From Octopus vulgaris (Eukaryota), in assembly GCA_951406725.2 (NCBI GenBank), contig OX597830.1, positions 71,920,001 through 71,984,000 on the forward strand: a DNA stretch of 64,000 nt, in the 5' to 3' direction. The translations under genes and the position numbers were made by a program. The notes beneath the pieces are model-generated. The model was not told the origin of the DNA. It saw only the letters and a list, made by a program, of their open reading frames with translations, and made no database searches. This document shows positions 13,060-26,670 of this stretch, one piece after another. How positions within the stretch are numbered: the stretch's first letter is position 1; each line of letters opens with the position of its first letter.

Positions 13060-16000
13060 GAGTGTTGAGGTGCAAAAACATTAAATTGCCCCGTACAGCT
13101 ACTTTATGTGAAGAGTTTGTACAGGCAGATACATATTAATTTATGTCAGGGAAACAGGGACAACTTTCCCGAAACGCAGAGTTGTTTGTTCAGAAGTCGA
13201 CCGTACGCACACTCAGGCTGGAAAAGGTAATGACAAGTTATACCATCTCTACTAAGGGCAACAAAAATACGATACGCAAACAATTGAACAGCAAACACAC
13301 AAGTCCCCAGATAAACACACGTACAACAAGCTGCACTCAACTTTGTGTTAGTAAGAAAGAGGTGACAGAGACAGGAGGGCAGGTTTTCTAATACAGCTCA
13401 GTCATGTCACTGAGGATTTGAAATTGCTTAGGTTACCAGTTACCTATTACAGGGAAATATGGGAGATTTCCCCCGCATGACTTTGGGATCAAAGAGTAAC
13501 TGTCTCGATCAGGCTTCTACAAGATCTCCCCCAAAGAATCCCATACAGAATGCGAATTTTCCCTCACCCGAGTACCGGCCAGAAAATCTTCAAGGTAGGT
13601 GACTCGTTTTCTTCTCGCATTCTTTTCAACTAACATTACGATCTTCAGAGCGGGTAGCAATAAATGCACGTAGTCTACTGTCACCCTGGAAGTAGTGTTA
13701 CCTGCTTAATAACCTCAGGTCACTAGATTTCAATGTGATACCCACCAGCGACTTGACGATAGGAAATGTGGTGTAAAATCTTAGCAAACCTGTTCAGTCA
13801 CTTTCAACTGGCTGAGAGATACCGACTGAATTGCTCAAATGCGCCGAGGTGGACATGGGTCAAGAGCATCCAGTAATCCAGTTGTTCACAATTCAAAATC
13901 GTCAGCGTTACAGACTACAAATCTGTGATCTCTATGGACGAAATAAGTGGGTTACATAGGCAAGCCCCAAATACTGGAACCTGAACCCGTCTTTCCTGGC
14001 GTGTCAAGATTTAACAGACTGGGTTAGCAAATAAATCCGTCGGAATTTGACGGGTTTAATCGTGACCAACTGATAGTGGATAGCCATGAATGGATCTAAA
14101 AGAATACAGGCCTTAGGGTTTAATAAAGAAATAGCAATAGAGAAGTCAAAGACGAAGGAAACCCAGCTGGGAAGCTCGAAGAGGTAGCTAGAAAAAGCAT
14201 AGCGACCGACATGCAGGTGGTGAGATTGGCTCTTGACATGTTCTTCAACGTCAAGCAAGAAGGATTCGTTATCAGAGCAAAGGCGCGTAGCCTAGGACAT
14301 GAGGTAATAAAAGCCATTCGATGGGCCCGGGTGGCGGAGGTGTAACATGCCAAAAAATGTTTAATTCGATATTTGATGTGCCGAGGCAGGTGCTTGCTTT
14401 TCGAGTTCAAAAAAGCAGAATTTCAACCGTACTTCGCCGAACTCTAGAGGCATGCACTGAGTTGGAGAGGTGAGCAGATTTTACCGCCTACCACTATAGC
14501 CTGTTGTAGCATTTAGTCAAGGATTGCGAATTCTTTAAAAATACTGATAATAGCCGAAGACAAACGTTAAGGGAGAAGTTTCCGAGTCCGGATGGTCTGA
14601 AATTCGAGCTTCATTTTCAGTTGCCAGACTTGCTCGCTGTGATTTCTTGGCAGATGTTTATCGCAACAAGCAGTAGAAAAGAAGAATTCCTAGTCCTGTG
14701 AGCCGAAGTGTGGTGCTGCCATTGAGAAAGGACACGATAATGGATGATAATCATATCGATAATTTTAATCCTGTAACTCTGCTGAACTCAGAAATTTTAT
14801 CCATGAAGGTAGGTAACAAAGAGATTGGCGCTTGTCTTTGACAAACTAATCGGTGATGCACTTACATGTGCTATCTCAAACGGATCTATCCACAAGAACC
14901 TCCACCACCTGATCAGTGGTTAAAGTTAAGTGGCCACCTATCAGAGCCATTAAGCATTGCATGAACGGTCAGTTAAGTATAACCACATTTGCCTTTTCAG
15001 TACGTGCTGTCTCTTGATCCACTGCTATGGAAGCAGGATGTTTCGAGGAGCATACTTCGAGAACTAGGATGCGGAAGATTCGTGTCAGCTTGTACGCGAA
15101 GCGGTGACAGGAGCAAAAATTAACCATAAGTGGACTTGCAGCTTTGCACCTGGAGAGGCAGTTCTATGCTACCTGACTACATCGTGGGGCACTATACGGA
15201 AAGGCCAGTTAAATTTTCGGGATTTCAAAGTGTACAGGATCTGATAGAGGTGATGAGAAGGGGTGGCCATTCTCACTAGAAATGGGCGGAAAGAAAACTG
15301 CCTTTGAAAGGTAGGTATGGCGGAGGTGGCGAATGCTTCCATTGCCATCGTTATCTACTACTGCCTGACCGTTGTCATTTGCCCTGCTTCAGCGCTGATG
15401 AAATTGGAGCGCTTGCTCTTCTGCATTTTGTGGAAGGGTTCTGCTTGTTACATGGTCCATTTGCTGTCAACAGCCGCTATGTGGCGGACTGCGTATGCCA
15501 TGGTTTGAAGTCATTTCCATGCTGAGACATTTCCAACGATTCCTTGACGATGAGTTGGTGTAGGCGTCTTTTTCTTAAATACTATTTTACGCATCATGAA
15601 TACCCTGGAAGTCGGGGAGAGAACAATTAGTTGGTCTTTTCCGGAAGACTATCTTGCCAAGGTCTATGGAAAAATTTCAGAAGTCCTTGGCCTACCAGAG
15701 CTATAAGGGGGACTCTGCCGATTCGAGATGAGCTCTCCAGATATGAAAATGCTGTCCGACTGATCTGTCTGAGATGCGATCCAAGTGACGAAACTCGTCC
15801 AGTGCTTGGACATTGCTAACACGTGGAGTTTTATCAATCAGGTGTCATAGCGTGTAGGGTTGATCTGGCTATCGGCCTAGCCAGTCGTGAGTTTCGCCCC
15901 ACTGCCTTGTTTTGGCCAAGCAGCGACGGCGGTTTTCCTGTTTGGTGGCTATGACGATCGAGGTAGTGTAATGGACCAGGTAAAAAGGATTGAAGACAGA

Positions 16001-16638
16001 TACTCTTCTTTTCTGCCAAGTGCCCATCAGCTTTTTTGAAGTTACACTTGCAAAACAAACTGAGGGTGGAGAAGGAAGCGCTGCCCCTGTCAGTATTTTT
16101 CTTGAAATATGGGTGAATGTAGCGAGGATGGCTCGTGTGAATATGCTCAGGGAACGAAGACGAGAGGAGTACTTGCCTGAAGTGCAGTTTTCTTGTTTTG
16201 TGGTTGTCGTGAAAGAGGGACGATATTGAAAGTACTCACGACAATACGTTTTGTTTGTTTCTCCGGGGCTGATGGCAATATCGTTTTTACTCCGGTCAAG
16301 GCCTCATCAACTTTTCCAAGGTTCACTTGAGAAGGAAATTGCGGGTGAAGAAGTAAGTTTTGCCCCTGTAATTTGTTGGATTGTAGCGGAGCGTATGGCC
16401 CATGCACCAGTAAGCCGGATGGATTGAAGAGAAGATGTGCTCTATGTGATCAAGGTATACAGGATATGAGGGTTTCCTTGGTTGTGTCCGGATGACGCTT
16501 ACTTTTGGAAAAATTTTAATATTCCATTCTCAATTCTTTTTATTTTAGTTTTCCGACATGCTACTTATCTACACTTAAAGTCTTATGTTTTATATCGTAC
16601 TTTGAAATTTGTGTGCGGCCCTTGTGGCCAAAAGAGAA

Positions 16639-16645
<7 letters not shown>
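13060..16645 (+). mobile_element. Decayed L1/Tx1-clade LINE (APE endonuclease, RT, C-terminal zinc-knuckle region), ending in (ATT)n
   Basis: INARSLLSPWK (~13660, APE start), PKYWNLNPSFL (~13965), SPDGLKFEL (~14585), IDNFNPVTLLNSE, RLALVFDKLIGDALTCAI, EAVTGAKIN, VANASIAIVIYYCLTVVICP…LERLLFCILWKG, CCQQPLCGGLRMPW, CLRCDPSDET…HC; many frameshifts. The 5' limit is uncertain. Confidence 0.88.
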
Positions 16646-16694
<49 letters not shown>

Positions 16695-16727
16695 CATTAT
16701 TATTTTTATCATTATTATTATTATTAA

Positions 16728-16945
16728 AATGCAGTGAGCTGGCAGAATCGTTAGCATGTCGGACAAAATGCTAAGCGGCATTTAGTTCGTCTTTACATTC
16801 TGAGTTCAAATTCCACCGAGGTCGGCTTTGACTTTCATCCTTTCGGAGTCGATAAATTAAGTACCAGAGAAACACTGGGGTCGATGTAATCAACTAGTCC
16901 TCTTACCACAAATCTGAGGCCTTGTACCTCCAGTAGAAAGGTTTA
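16728..16945 (+). mobile_element. SINE family B
   Basis: gagctggcagaatcgttagca…gagttcaaattcc…ctttcatcctttcgg.gtcgataaattaagtaccag; more than 15 copies in the window. Confidence 0.9.
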
Positions 16946-16954
16946 TTATTAATA

Positions 16955-17511
16955 TTGAGTGAGAGCAGCGCATGCCATCTGAGTGATACTGGGGTAAAAC
17001 ATACGAAGCCCAGTATACTCATCATGGCTACCCGTCTGATAAGTGTACACTAGGTACATGCATCACAACCATATGTGTGGGACATGGTAATCTCATATCA
17101 AGATAAACAGTGCATGACCTTGCGGGTGGGGCCCAGTTAGAATTTTCTTCTGGTTGGGTAACCCATCCTGCTCAACAGGTCCCTGAAAAAGGTTTGTTCA
17201 AAAATGATGAACAAAACACTTATGTTCTAAGAGGTGAATTATTCAAATCCCAAAGAATTCCTTTCAAGACATGGCTATGATGCTCCCCCACTACTTCTGC
17301 TCGTGATCAGAGATGAACATATTGTCAACCACCGAGGACCATGCTCAACTGGTTAAGGTCAAGCTAGCGACACGCAATTCTGTGAAATCGAGTAGAATCT
17401 TTGTTGTAGTCCATTTTTTATACCAAGACAAAACAATGTACATCATAACATTTTCAATCAGTTAAGATCAAAAGCCATGAGAGCCACTGCGTGGAAATGC
17501 ATTAGGCCATT

Positions 17512-17512
<1 letters not shown>
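16955..17512. mobile_element. Unclassified non-coding insert between a SINE B tail and (AAT)n
   Basis: Complex sequence bounded by ATT/AAT tracts with no ORF; resembles an octopus interspersed repeat from memory, but only one copy is in this window. Confidence 0.3.
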
Positions 17513-17556
<44 letters not shown>

Positions 17557-17569
17557 AATAATAATAACG

Positions 17570-17623
<54 letters not shown>

Positions 17624-18010
17624 GTATTAAGGTTGCGAGTCGGCTCGCTATTGCGCCGGGCAATTACCATCGAGGTAGACTTTGCCTTTTATTTTTTCGC
17701 GGTCAATAAAATAAGTACCAGACGAGCACATGGAAAGCGGGGGTCAACTTAATCGACTTACTCACTCCCTGGAAATTACTGGCCTTGTGCCAAAAGTTGA
17801 AATTATTATACCATTCCCCCTCCCCCCTATCATTCTTTTTTTTATTCTGTGAAGCAGCTTAGAAAAGATGGTAAGGTTGATTTACAGTGCAAATATGTCA
17901 GGAATAGAAAATACGCGCGAAGTAGGGTTGTGGTTGGTGGGAAGGGAAATCAACATTAAAATACTTAATGTTACACACACACGTAAACACACATACACAC
18001 ATACACACAA

Positions 18011-18068
<58 letters not shown>

Positions 18069-18162
18069 ACACTACTGTATACACGGAGTCCTACACAAAT
18101 TTAAACTCAAAGATACGCGGGCAGGTGTTTCGCAGTGTATGATTGCGTGTGTGTGTATATAC

Positions 18163-18225
<63 letters not shown>

Positions 18226-18397
18226 TGTATATATATGCATATGTATACATATATATATATATACGTATATATATGTATAGGCATACATATATATATACAT
18301 GTGTATATATATAGGCATGCATATACATATGTATATATACACATATTCATTTATATAGTAAGCACCGTTCTGCATGTAAATACACAAAGGTATGCAA

Positions 18398-18436
<39 letters not shown>

Positions 18437-18573
18437 GAGGCTCGCACACATGTGTATACATTTATATGCGCTCAAATTCTCCTAAATATACAAATTCATA
18501 GTTTCATTGACGCATGGACACAAACACACATAGGCACACACAGACAGGCACATACACAAATACACACGCCCAT

Positions 18574-18619
<46 letters not shown>

Positions 18620-18751
18620 GCACACACACACACACACATACAAGTTTGTATAGGACAGAATAAAAGCTGGTTTCTCAACTAAATAGCTTTTCACGTTTTA
18701 TGACTTCAAGGTGTAACATCACATTTGATAGATAGTTCTAGCCGATATTGT

Positions 18752-18814
<63 letters not shown>

Positions 18815-18832
18815 GGTAGTAGTAGTAGTAGC
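18752..18832. repeat. (CAG)n-(TAG)n microsatellite
   Basis: Direct reading. Confidence 0.95.
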
Positions 18833-19077
18833 TTTTCTTGAGTTACTATTGTTGTTGTAGTTGTAATTTTTTTATTATGGTAGTTGTTTTTGTTATTCTT
18901 ATTGTCACTTCGCTTTTTATGTGATTCATACCTTATCTGTGGACCACACAGAAATTAGTCAACAACCTCACGTATCTTATCTTAGACTGTCGAACAAGGT
19001 ATTTAGTTTTTGGTCATACACAAACGCATATCATACACACAAGCAATGCATATATATGTATATGTATATGTATATGC

Positions 19078-19148
<71 letters not shown>

Positions 19149-19264
19149 CATACATATATATACAAATGTATAAGTAAATTTGTGCATATGTGTGTTTATC
19201 TATGCGCACACACACATACATACAGACCCACACACACTCACGTCCATAGTGGTAGCTACTTCTT

Positions 19265-22060
19265 TACAGAAGAAGGCCATCTCTTCAATTAGTAAATGTC
19301 ATCATGATATCTCATTTGACAAGCAATAACTGATCTGGACGAACAGACCCTACTACAGATGTTAAATATATTTTCCTGCAGAAAAGTGTCTCGTATTAAG
19401 TTAGATTGCTCGATTCTCCTTGTTCTCATTGCTTTGCAACCATCTAATATCAGTTTTTTTTCCATACCAACCAATTTTCCATCAACTACTCCCAGTTTTC
19501 GACATTCACATTAAGAATCTTATGGTGGCTTTTGATATTGTCCCTAAAACCGTTTCTTAGGTTTATGTTTCGCACGATTACCACATTGTAATTCCACGTA
19601 AAACAACTGCTTAGGTAACTTACCATCTGCATTCTAGTAAAATACCCGACCCAACGCATTTCACTATATGAGAAGTATTTCAATACTCGATGTGTTGGTT
19701 TGCTTAAGAATGATGATGTTAGAATGAGCTATTCAATGTTTATGATCCTGCTATGGCGAGTTTAATGGGAATTTTCCAAAAGGCTTATGAGACGACATTT
19801 AGTTCAAAACTCAGTAGAGTATAAAATGGCAATTAAGAGACATGACTGGTTTTGATGATGATACATATATCAGATCATACACGAGTTTCGAGCCTTCCAA
19901 AATCCTTGCCAGTTTTTCCGATCCTTAAATTTATTTCAGAATCAAGAAATCCATCCTTTACAGATAATGCTATCAAGTTAGACGAATGAATCGATCCCCT
20001 CCAATCTTGTATCCTAGGCGCATTTTACTGTGTATGAGAACCATTTCAATATTCAGTGTTGGCTTGCTTAATAATGACGGTGTTAGAGACAGCCGTTCGA
20101 TGTTTAAGATCCTCCTAAGGCAAGTTTTGATAGGAAATTTCCAAAGGCATTATGTGATGACATTTAACTCAAATCTCAGTGGAGTATAAAAGGGCAATTA
20201 AGACTCATGTTTTAAAGAGTGAGCTTGGCTTTGATGGTGATACGTTTATCAGCTCATTCACGATTTTCGAATCTTCCAAAAGGCTTGTCGGTTTTTTCAT
20301 CCTCAAATTTATTTCAGAATGAAGAGAGCCATCTTTACAGATAGTCTAGCTAAAGTAGACGAAAAATCGACCACATCAAATCTTTTATCCTGGACGATGT
20401 TAGTTTTGACGTAGTTCTGGCCTAGAGGCTGAGGGAACGTTTGCATTCTTCAGTTCAAAAACATGCATGCTCCAGGAAGTGATCAGTTGCCCACATAACA
20501 AAATCATGAACACGGTCCTGGAAAGAGTGAAGCGCGTTACATCAAAGGCCTTATCGGTTCTGAAGTGAATGTAGACGCCGCTACCGCAGTCCTGGAAAGC
20601 GTACGAGACAGTTACAGGAAAATAAACGGGGGGAAGTGCTGTGACAGAGGCATCTCCGTCTTTAACTCCGTTTTTATCTTTACCTGGTGCATTGAAATAT
20701 GTTTGGTGCAATATGTTTTATCTTCGAGAACTTTAGTGATTTGCAGGTCATTTTCATTACACCACCCCCGTTAATTTCTATATTTGAGACCAAGAACTCC
20801 AAAGCCGTCATTATACTCATCGGTTTTAAACTGACGCGAAATTCCGTCAAATTCGACTTCCTCAGTAGCATCTTGAAGATTCTCACGCACAGTAGAGACC
20901 TTTAAATTCAGTTCATCATTACGTTTAGGGACTCTGGTTCCTCAAGATATTATTTTGCGTATGATGCAGAACTTCAATTAACCACGTATGAAATTATGGT
21001 CCGTTCCACATTGCGCATCCAGCATGACTCAGGCAGTGCCGACAGTCCTTCGTGGTGATAAGGCAGTCGGAAATATGTTTACATTTGGAGCTTGGGGTGT
21101 TCAAGTAAATTTCTAAACATCCTACTGACAAAGACGCTGTAGCAGTTTACGAGTTCAATGCAAACTGAAAAAGACGAAGACCATCATTGTTCATCTTTCC
21201 AAGAACGTGCTTCCCTAGTGCATCCCAGATTTCGTGATTACATCCAATACGAGCGTTGAATATCACTAAGGAAGAGGATCAGATCTCCGTTTAGAATCAT
21301 TTTTATAACTGATCTAAGATCTCGATAGAAAGCTATGAAAAATTCACTGCTACTGTGAAGATGGGAGCATAAACAGAAATAAATCATAAAATAGTTGCTT
21401 AGGTAAGCAACTCAAAATGCTGCAATCTGTCACTGAAATTATGAAGTTTTCCTTGTTTGTGAGGAAACTCTGTACGAATGACAAATTCAGCACCCTTTCT
21501 CATTTTTCACCTTTCCGTTTATCCTTCCACAATGTTATCCATCACCAATTAATCTTCGTCACTCAACCCAGATTTTTTAGAGTTCAGCAATATAAATATT
21601 GTACCGAGTCAAATTCTTCGCTATTATGCCATTTCACCGTTTAGGGATACTCGAACCTTCGTGAGGAAGAAGTGTTCTGACATCATGTTCTCACTCTTAG
21701 TCTGTATTTCTTGCTGTCGTGTTTTCGCTTTGTGTTTCTCCTGCTGTTTTGAACAGCCCTCAGCTGAAGGTTGCTGACCACCTTGAGAGCAGATTAGGAA
21801 GTGGTTTAGGGTACATGTTTTAGACCTTTCCCAGTTTTCTAGGTGCAGAGTGCATGCACATATATATACACAATTGGACAGGTCGTTGACTCATATTAGT
21901 TCCTCTCCTCTTTGATATGATTTGATTTTCATACCGCAGGGTGTCCAGAAAACCTCTCCCGTCATAAAAGGAGCTCGATGGGACTGCCGGTTTAGTCGCT
22001 GAGGATCCCAACATGCAACAGGTTTTAATGGGTTACATGTTACCAGTAGCGCTCGAAAGC
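19265..22060 (-). mobile_element. Near full-length decayed RTE (BovB-like) LINE with internal tandem duplication
   Basis: Minus strand: FISVYAP (APE, ~21380), GVKDGD…YAFQDCGSGVYIHFRTDKAFDVTRF (RT), MRWVGYFTRM…GFRDNIKSHHKILNVNVENWE, C-terminal NICSRVCSSR..IAC.MRYH. Confidence 0.85.
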
Positions 22061-22436
22061 AAACTGACACAGGTACATATAATGTTTTATTTACACATTA
22101 TATATTGATGAGCTCCTAATAGTGTCATACATTGGAGATGGTTTCTAGGTAGGTTTTAATAACGGTGTACATTAAATTATATCTATCTCTCACGGGGTTT
22201 TGTTAATCTTACTTCAACTGTAAATGAAATGCACACACGCAGGCACACACACGTACATACATATCTAAATGATTTTCTGTCTCCCAAATAATTATCTATC
22301 ATATTTCTTACTCTCTCTGCAACAAAGCCCTCTTTTCTTTTTATACGTACTAAAATACTTACTTACACACATCTACACGCTCACATACGAATGTTTGTGC
22401 GCATGTATATATATATATATATATGTATTCATACAT

Positions 22437-22494
<58 letters not shown>

Positions 22495-22775
22495 GCATGC
22501 ACGCTTATATCGCCCAAGTAAATATGCCCGCTTACGTCATGTTGACCTACTGAACAATTACAGTATATAGTTTTACCAGGTAAATCTACTGGTGTTCCAG
22601 CAATGGACTGGAAGTAAGTTAATTGTTTCAAAGTAAAGCACACATGCAGCTTAATGTTGTACGGGTTATACAGATCTACGATGACTATGGATATGCATCG
22701 TATAAGTTTTTCAAATTCGGTTGGTGGTTTGCACAAGTTTCCACGTACGTGCATGTATGTGCATTCGTGTGTGCG

Positions 22776-22819
<44 letters not shown>

Positions 22820-23041
22820 AGCATATGCATATATGTTTTTCTATATGTATGTATATGTGTGTGAGTGTGTGTGTAAAGACACACATAACGTGGCCCGAAA
22901 CCGCTGTGGCGTGAAACTCGATTGTCGAGACACAGCTTAAGTTTCAATAAAAAGCTACCTAGCTATCTATCTCTCTATACTCACGCCCATATATACATAC
23001 ATATGAATGCGTTTATGTGTATTTGTACATATACATACATA

Positions 23042-23125
<84 letters not shown>

Positions 23126-23145
23126 CACACATGTATAATATGTAA

Positions 23146-23202
<57 letters not shown>

Positions 23203-23974
23203 CATGTATATATATATATATATACACGCACACACAAAAACTCACAAATACATAGCACGCTACACACTCACACTTATACACACATACACATACATTTATA
23301 TATTAATTAAGTGTAGAACTGTGTTTAAACATTTTGAAGCTTGCTTATTTTGCAGAGATAATTCCTGGGGCCAAATGCTATTTCAGATTCCATGTGATTG
23401 CTCCGATCCACCTCTCTAATACGAAAGCCTGTATCCTACGGATGCCACCTTGTTTTAATGCCAGCATCTCTCTTTGATACTCCGCATGTTAACTTTGCGT
23501 AACGATGGGCATTATTAGGTCACGTTAATCGTGTCAAAATATTGGTTACCGTTTTCGCAGTTGAACTATAGAATTAAGGGAAATGTAAACTTTGCGATAT
23601 TCTCGAATGAATTTCTCATGGAAACGTATATCATATAAATTATATTCTGTAGAATGAGTAGGAATCCGAAATTCTGTGACGTTCTCGCCTGAGTACACTC
23701 TTATAGCAAAATATTTCTTATAATGCGACACGGCTTTAATGTGCATGAAACAACATGGAGATCTCTTCCCGTCGGCGATGCGATTCGCGGTAATTAGAAT
23801 TAAATCCTTTGCACAAAGACACCCAGATTCTATGTAGTAGATATCACCGTTGTACAATTGAATATATGTACTCATCATTTTCGTATAAACCCCAACCGTT
23901 GTTAGATTTGAGTATAAGAATAATATGAAAAATATCTATACTGATAGTGGTGATCGACCTTACCATTTTCTTAA

Positions 23975-24595
23975 ATTTAACTTTTATCAGTTTCGGGCAT
24001 TAGATTGCGGCCATGCTGGGGCAGCGCCTTAAGACATCTTAGTGAAACGAATAGATTGCAGGAGTTTTTCTTGGAACCTGGTAATCATACTGCCGGTCTC
24101 TTTTGCTGCCGGTTGTCAAGAGATATTGGGGTGGACAAACACACACACACACACACACGAATCCACGTGCACACGCGCACACACACACACACTTATACAC
24201 ACACATGTATATGTGATGGGCCTGTTTTAGTTTCCGACCACTCACAATTCATAGGCGGCGAGCTGGCAGAAACGTTAGCACGCCGGGCAAAATGCTTAGC
24301 GGTATTTCATCTGCTGCTACGTTCTGAGTTCAATTTCCGCTGAGGTCGACTTTGCCTTTCATACTTACGGGGTCGATAAATTAAGTACCAGTTACGCACT
24401 GGGGTCGATGTAAACGACTTAATCCCCTTGTCTGTCCTTGTTTGTCCGCTCTATGTTTAGCCCCTTTTGGGCAATAAAGAAATAACAATTCTTTGATTGG
24501 TCCGAAGCTATATTAGAAGATAATTGACCGAGGTACCACGCAGTGGAACTGAGCCTAGAGCCATGTGGTTGGGAAACAAAATTCTTAACAAACAG
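23975..24595 (-). mobile_element. SINE family C split by a SINE B insertion
   Basis: 3' part 23975-24245, head part 24487-24595. Confidence 0.75.
24253..24484 (+). mobile_element. SINE family B, young copy
   Basis: Near-consensus; acaattc on both sides (24244-24250, 24485-24491) is a possible TSD. Confidence 0.9.
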
Positions 24596-25242
24596 CTTGG
24601 AAGTTACTCATGCAATTTAGTTATTGCTCATTGAAATGTCTAACATTTACATGCTCTCTATGTATGTTCGTGAATGTAGCAACAATAGCTAAGGTCCATA
24701 CACGTGATCAGTACTTCAGTATGGACACCTGCGCTACATTGAGAGTCATAAACTTAGCACGGTTAGATATAGTCCACTCCAAAGTGTTAATGTATATCAG
24801 TCTATACATATAGTCTTACAGTCTAGTGCAGCTGAAGCCCTGTGCTGTCTCTAGGTGTTACTGGATGTTCTGGAGCGTTAAATGGTATAGGGTGGGGCGA
24901 GGCGGTCTCTACGTCAGCTACCAATTTCATTTACACCTAAAAGAATTAACACAAACGAAATGCAAGCTATCAGATCATAGCTCACTCGAGAGTAAAAATT
25001 TTATATTTTGTTTTTGTTCTTGTCTTTCAATTAGGAAAATCAGTAATAAATTCAAAAAAGTTTTTAGATTAGAACTGGTGATAAGGGGCTCTATGTAGTT
25101 TAACTGTCCCCTATACACGCTAGGGAAAGAGAAAGACCTCCACTGCGACTCAAGTGATATATTGGTGTGGGGTCCAGTTTCGTCAGCTTGTGCTAAACAG
25201 AGCTTCATGGATAATACAGCGCAATATAGATTATTTAGAAAA

Positions 25243-25945
25243 TACAAGGAGGGACCTAAAAGTAACCGGAAACGTTCTCTGTGGAACAAGCCCGTTGCAG
25301 TTGGGGCTTCCGCCGCTAGAAACCACTTGATGCGATCTTTAGAAATCAGTCTGCCGAACGGCGTTTTTCCACGAAGTTCTACAGCCACGTCGTGCGTCTT
25401 TGTTTTATAGAATTTTCCCCCTACTCGTCGAGTTTTGCGATTTCTGAAATAAAGAAGCACCGTGCTTCTGTGAAATTCTGTTTTCTGCTGAGGAAAACGG
25501 CAGCCGAAACAGTTATCATGCTTCAGACAGCTTACAAGGATGTTGCTATGAACAAAATATAAGTTTACGAGTGGTTTTCACGCTTTATGAATGGTCATTG
25601 TCGCTTGAGGTCCAATCTCGTTCAGAGCGACCGTCGACCCCCGGACGAATGAAAGCATCATAAAAATTTATGAACTGATCTTGAATATGAACCGTCACTG
25701 AACAATTGACGAACTTGTTGATATGACCGTTGTGTCTTGGAACTCCTACCAACGAATTTTTTCACGTTTTCTCACGGAATATCACAAGCAGTCTCGACTG
25801 AATGCGTGTCGTGAATTGAAAGAAGAGTTGGAAGTTGATCCGGACCTTTTTTCTAAAGTCATCTTTGGTGACGAAAGCTGGTGCTACGAATTTGCAAACG
25901 TGGAAGAGGTGAAGGAAAAAACGACGGTGGCGTTAAAGAAGTGTT
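25243..25945 (+). mobile_element. Internally deleted mariner transposon remnant
   Basis: TA + TIR-like CAAGGAGGGACCTAAAAGTAACCGGAA; HRASVKFCFLLRKTAAETVIMLQTAYKD…VYEWFSRF…RSERPST; LFSKVIFGDESWCY (first catalytic D); jumps to FANVEEVKEKTTVALK. Confidence 0.9.
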
Positions 25946-25949
25946 AATT

Positions 25950-26265
25950 AATAGGAATTACAACCGTGTTTCGTGGTCTGCTACTACAACAGCTCCTTTA
26001 TAGGATCCAGTTAGATCAAGACATCATCAGGAGGAACCACGTCCGGTTTCGGCCCCTACTCCTCTAACGTTTTGACGTGGCGTGCCCTCCACTTTCGGAG
26101 GTGTCTTCAGCTCTGGTGTTGGGTGTATGTCTTCTTTCTTCTTTTTTCTTCTGTTCCTTGGCCTCCTCGATGTGTCGTTAGCGAATGTCAGTCGATGACT
26201 GACTAATTTGTCAAATTTTTCCCTTAAAATACCTGCCGCTAGGCTCCAGCAGGCAGCTGTAAATC
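25950..26265 (-). mobile_element. Non-coding element with clustered hammerhead half-sites (possible Penelope-like pLTR or retrozyme-like unit)
   Basis: Minus strand has CTGAAGA (26110-26104), CTGATGA (26030-26024), GAAAC at 26050-26046 and 25972-25968, and AAAACGTT at ~26073-26066. Confidence 0.45.
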
Positions 26266-26274
26266 TTAAACAAA

Positions 26275-26670
26275 TATGAAATATTTTACTGTTTTAGTTA
26301 TTAGACGAAGGCTATGCTGCAACACCACATTGAAAGAGTTCAGTCGAGCAAATCCCCTCCAATATTTATTTTTAAGCTTGGTACCTACAAAATCGGGTTG
26401 TTTTGCTGTAACTCTAAGTTACGGGGACGAAAACAAACGAATACCAGTTATCAAGCAAAGGTGAGAAGAAATACAAAGAGAAAGATAGGCACACTTACCA
26501 CACATATACGACGAACTTCCATACAGTTTCCATCTTCTAAATACACTTACATAGCATTGGTCGGCCCGGGCTATAGTAGAAAACACTTGCCCAAGGTGCC
26601 GCGGAGTGGAACTGAATCCGAAACAGCGGGTTTTCAAAGCGAGCTTATTAGCCACCCAGTCATGCCTGTT
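26275..26670 (-). mobile_element. SINE family C, diverged
   Basis: ggtcggcccgggctatagtagaaaacacttgcccaaggtgccgc…. Confidence 0.85.

Noticed and set aside
18752-18813. (CAG)n as a polyglutamine exon
   Set aside because: Flanked by in-frame TAG codons and (TAG)n, with no splice context.
22580-22613. Possible 34-nt exon (ttttaccAG … GAA|GTAAGT)
   Set aside because: Short pyrimidine tract, no partner exons; expected by chance in 64 kb.
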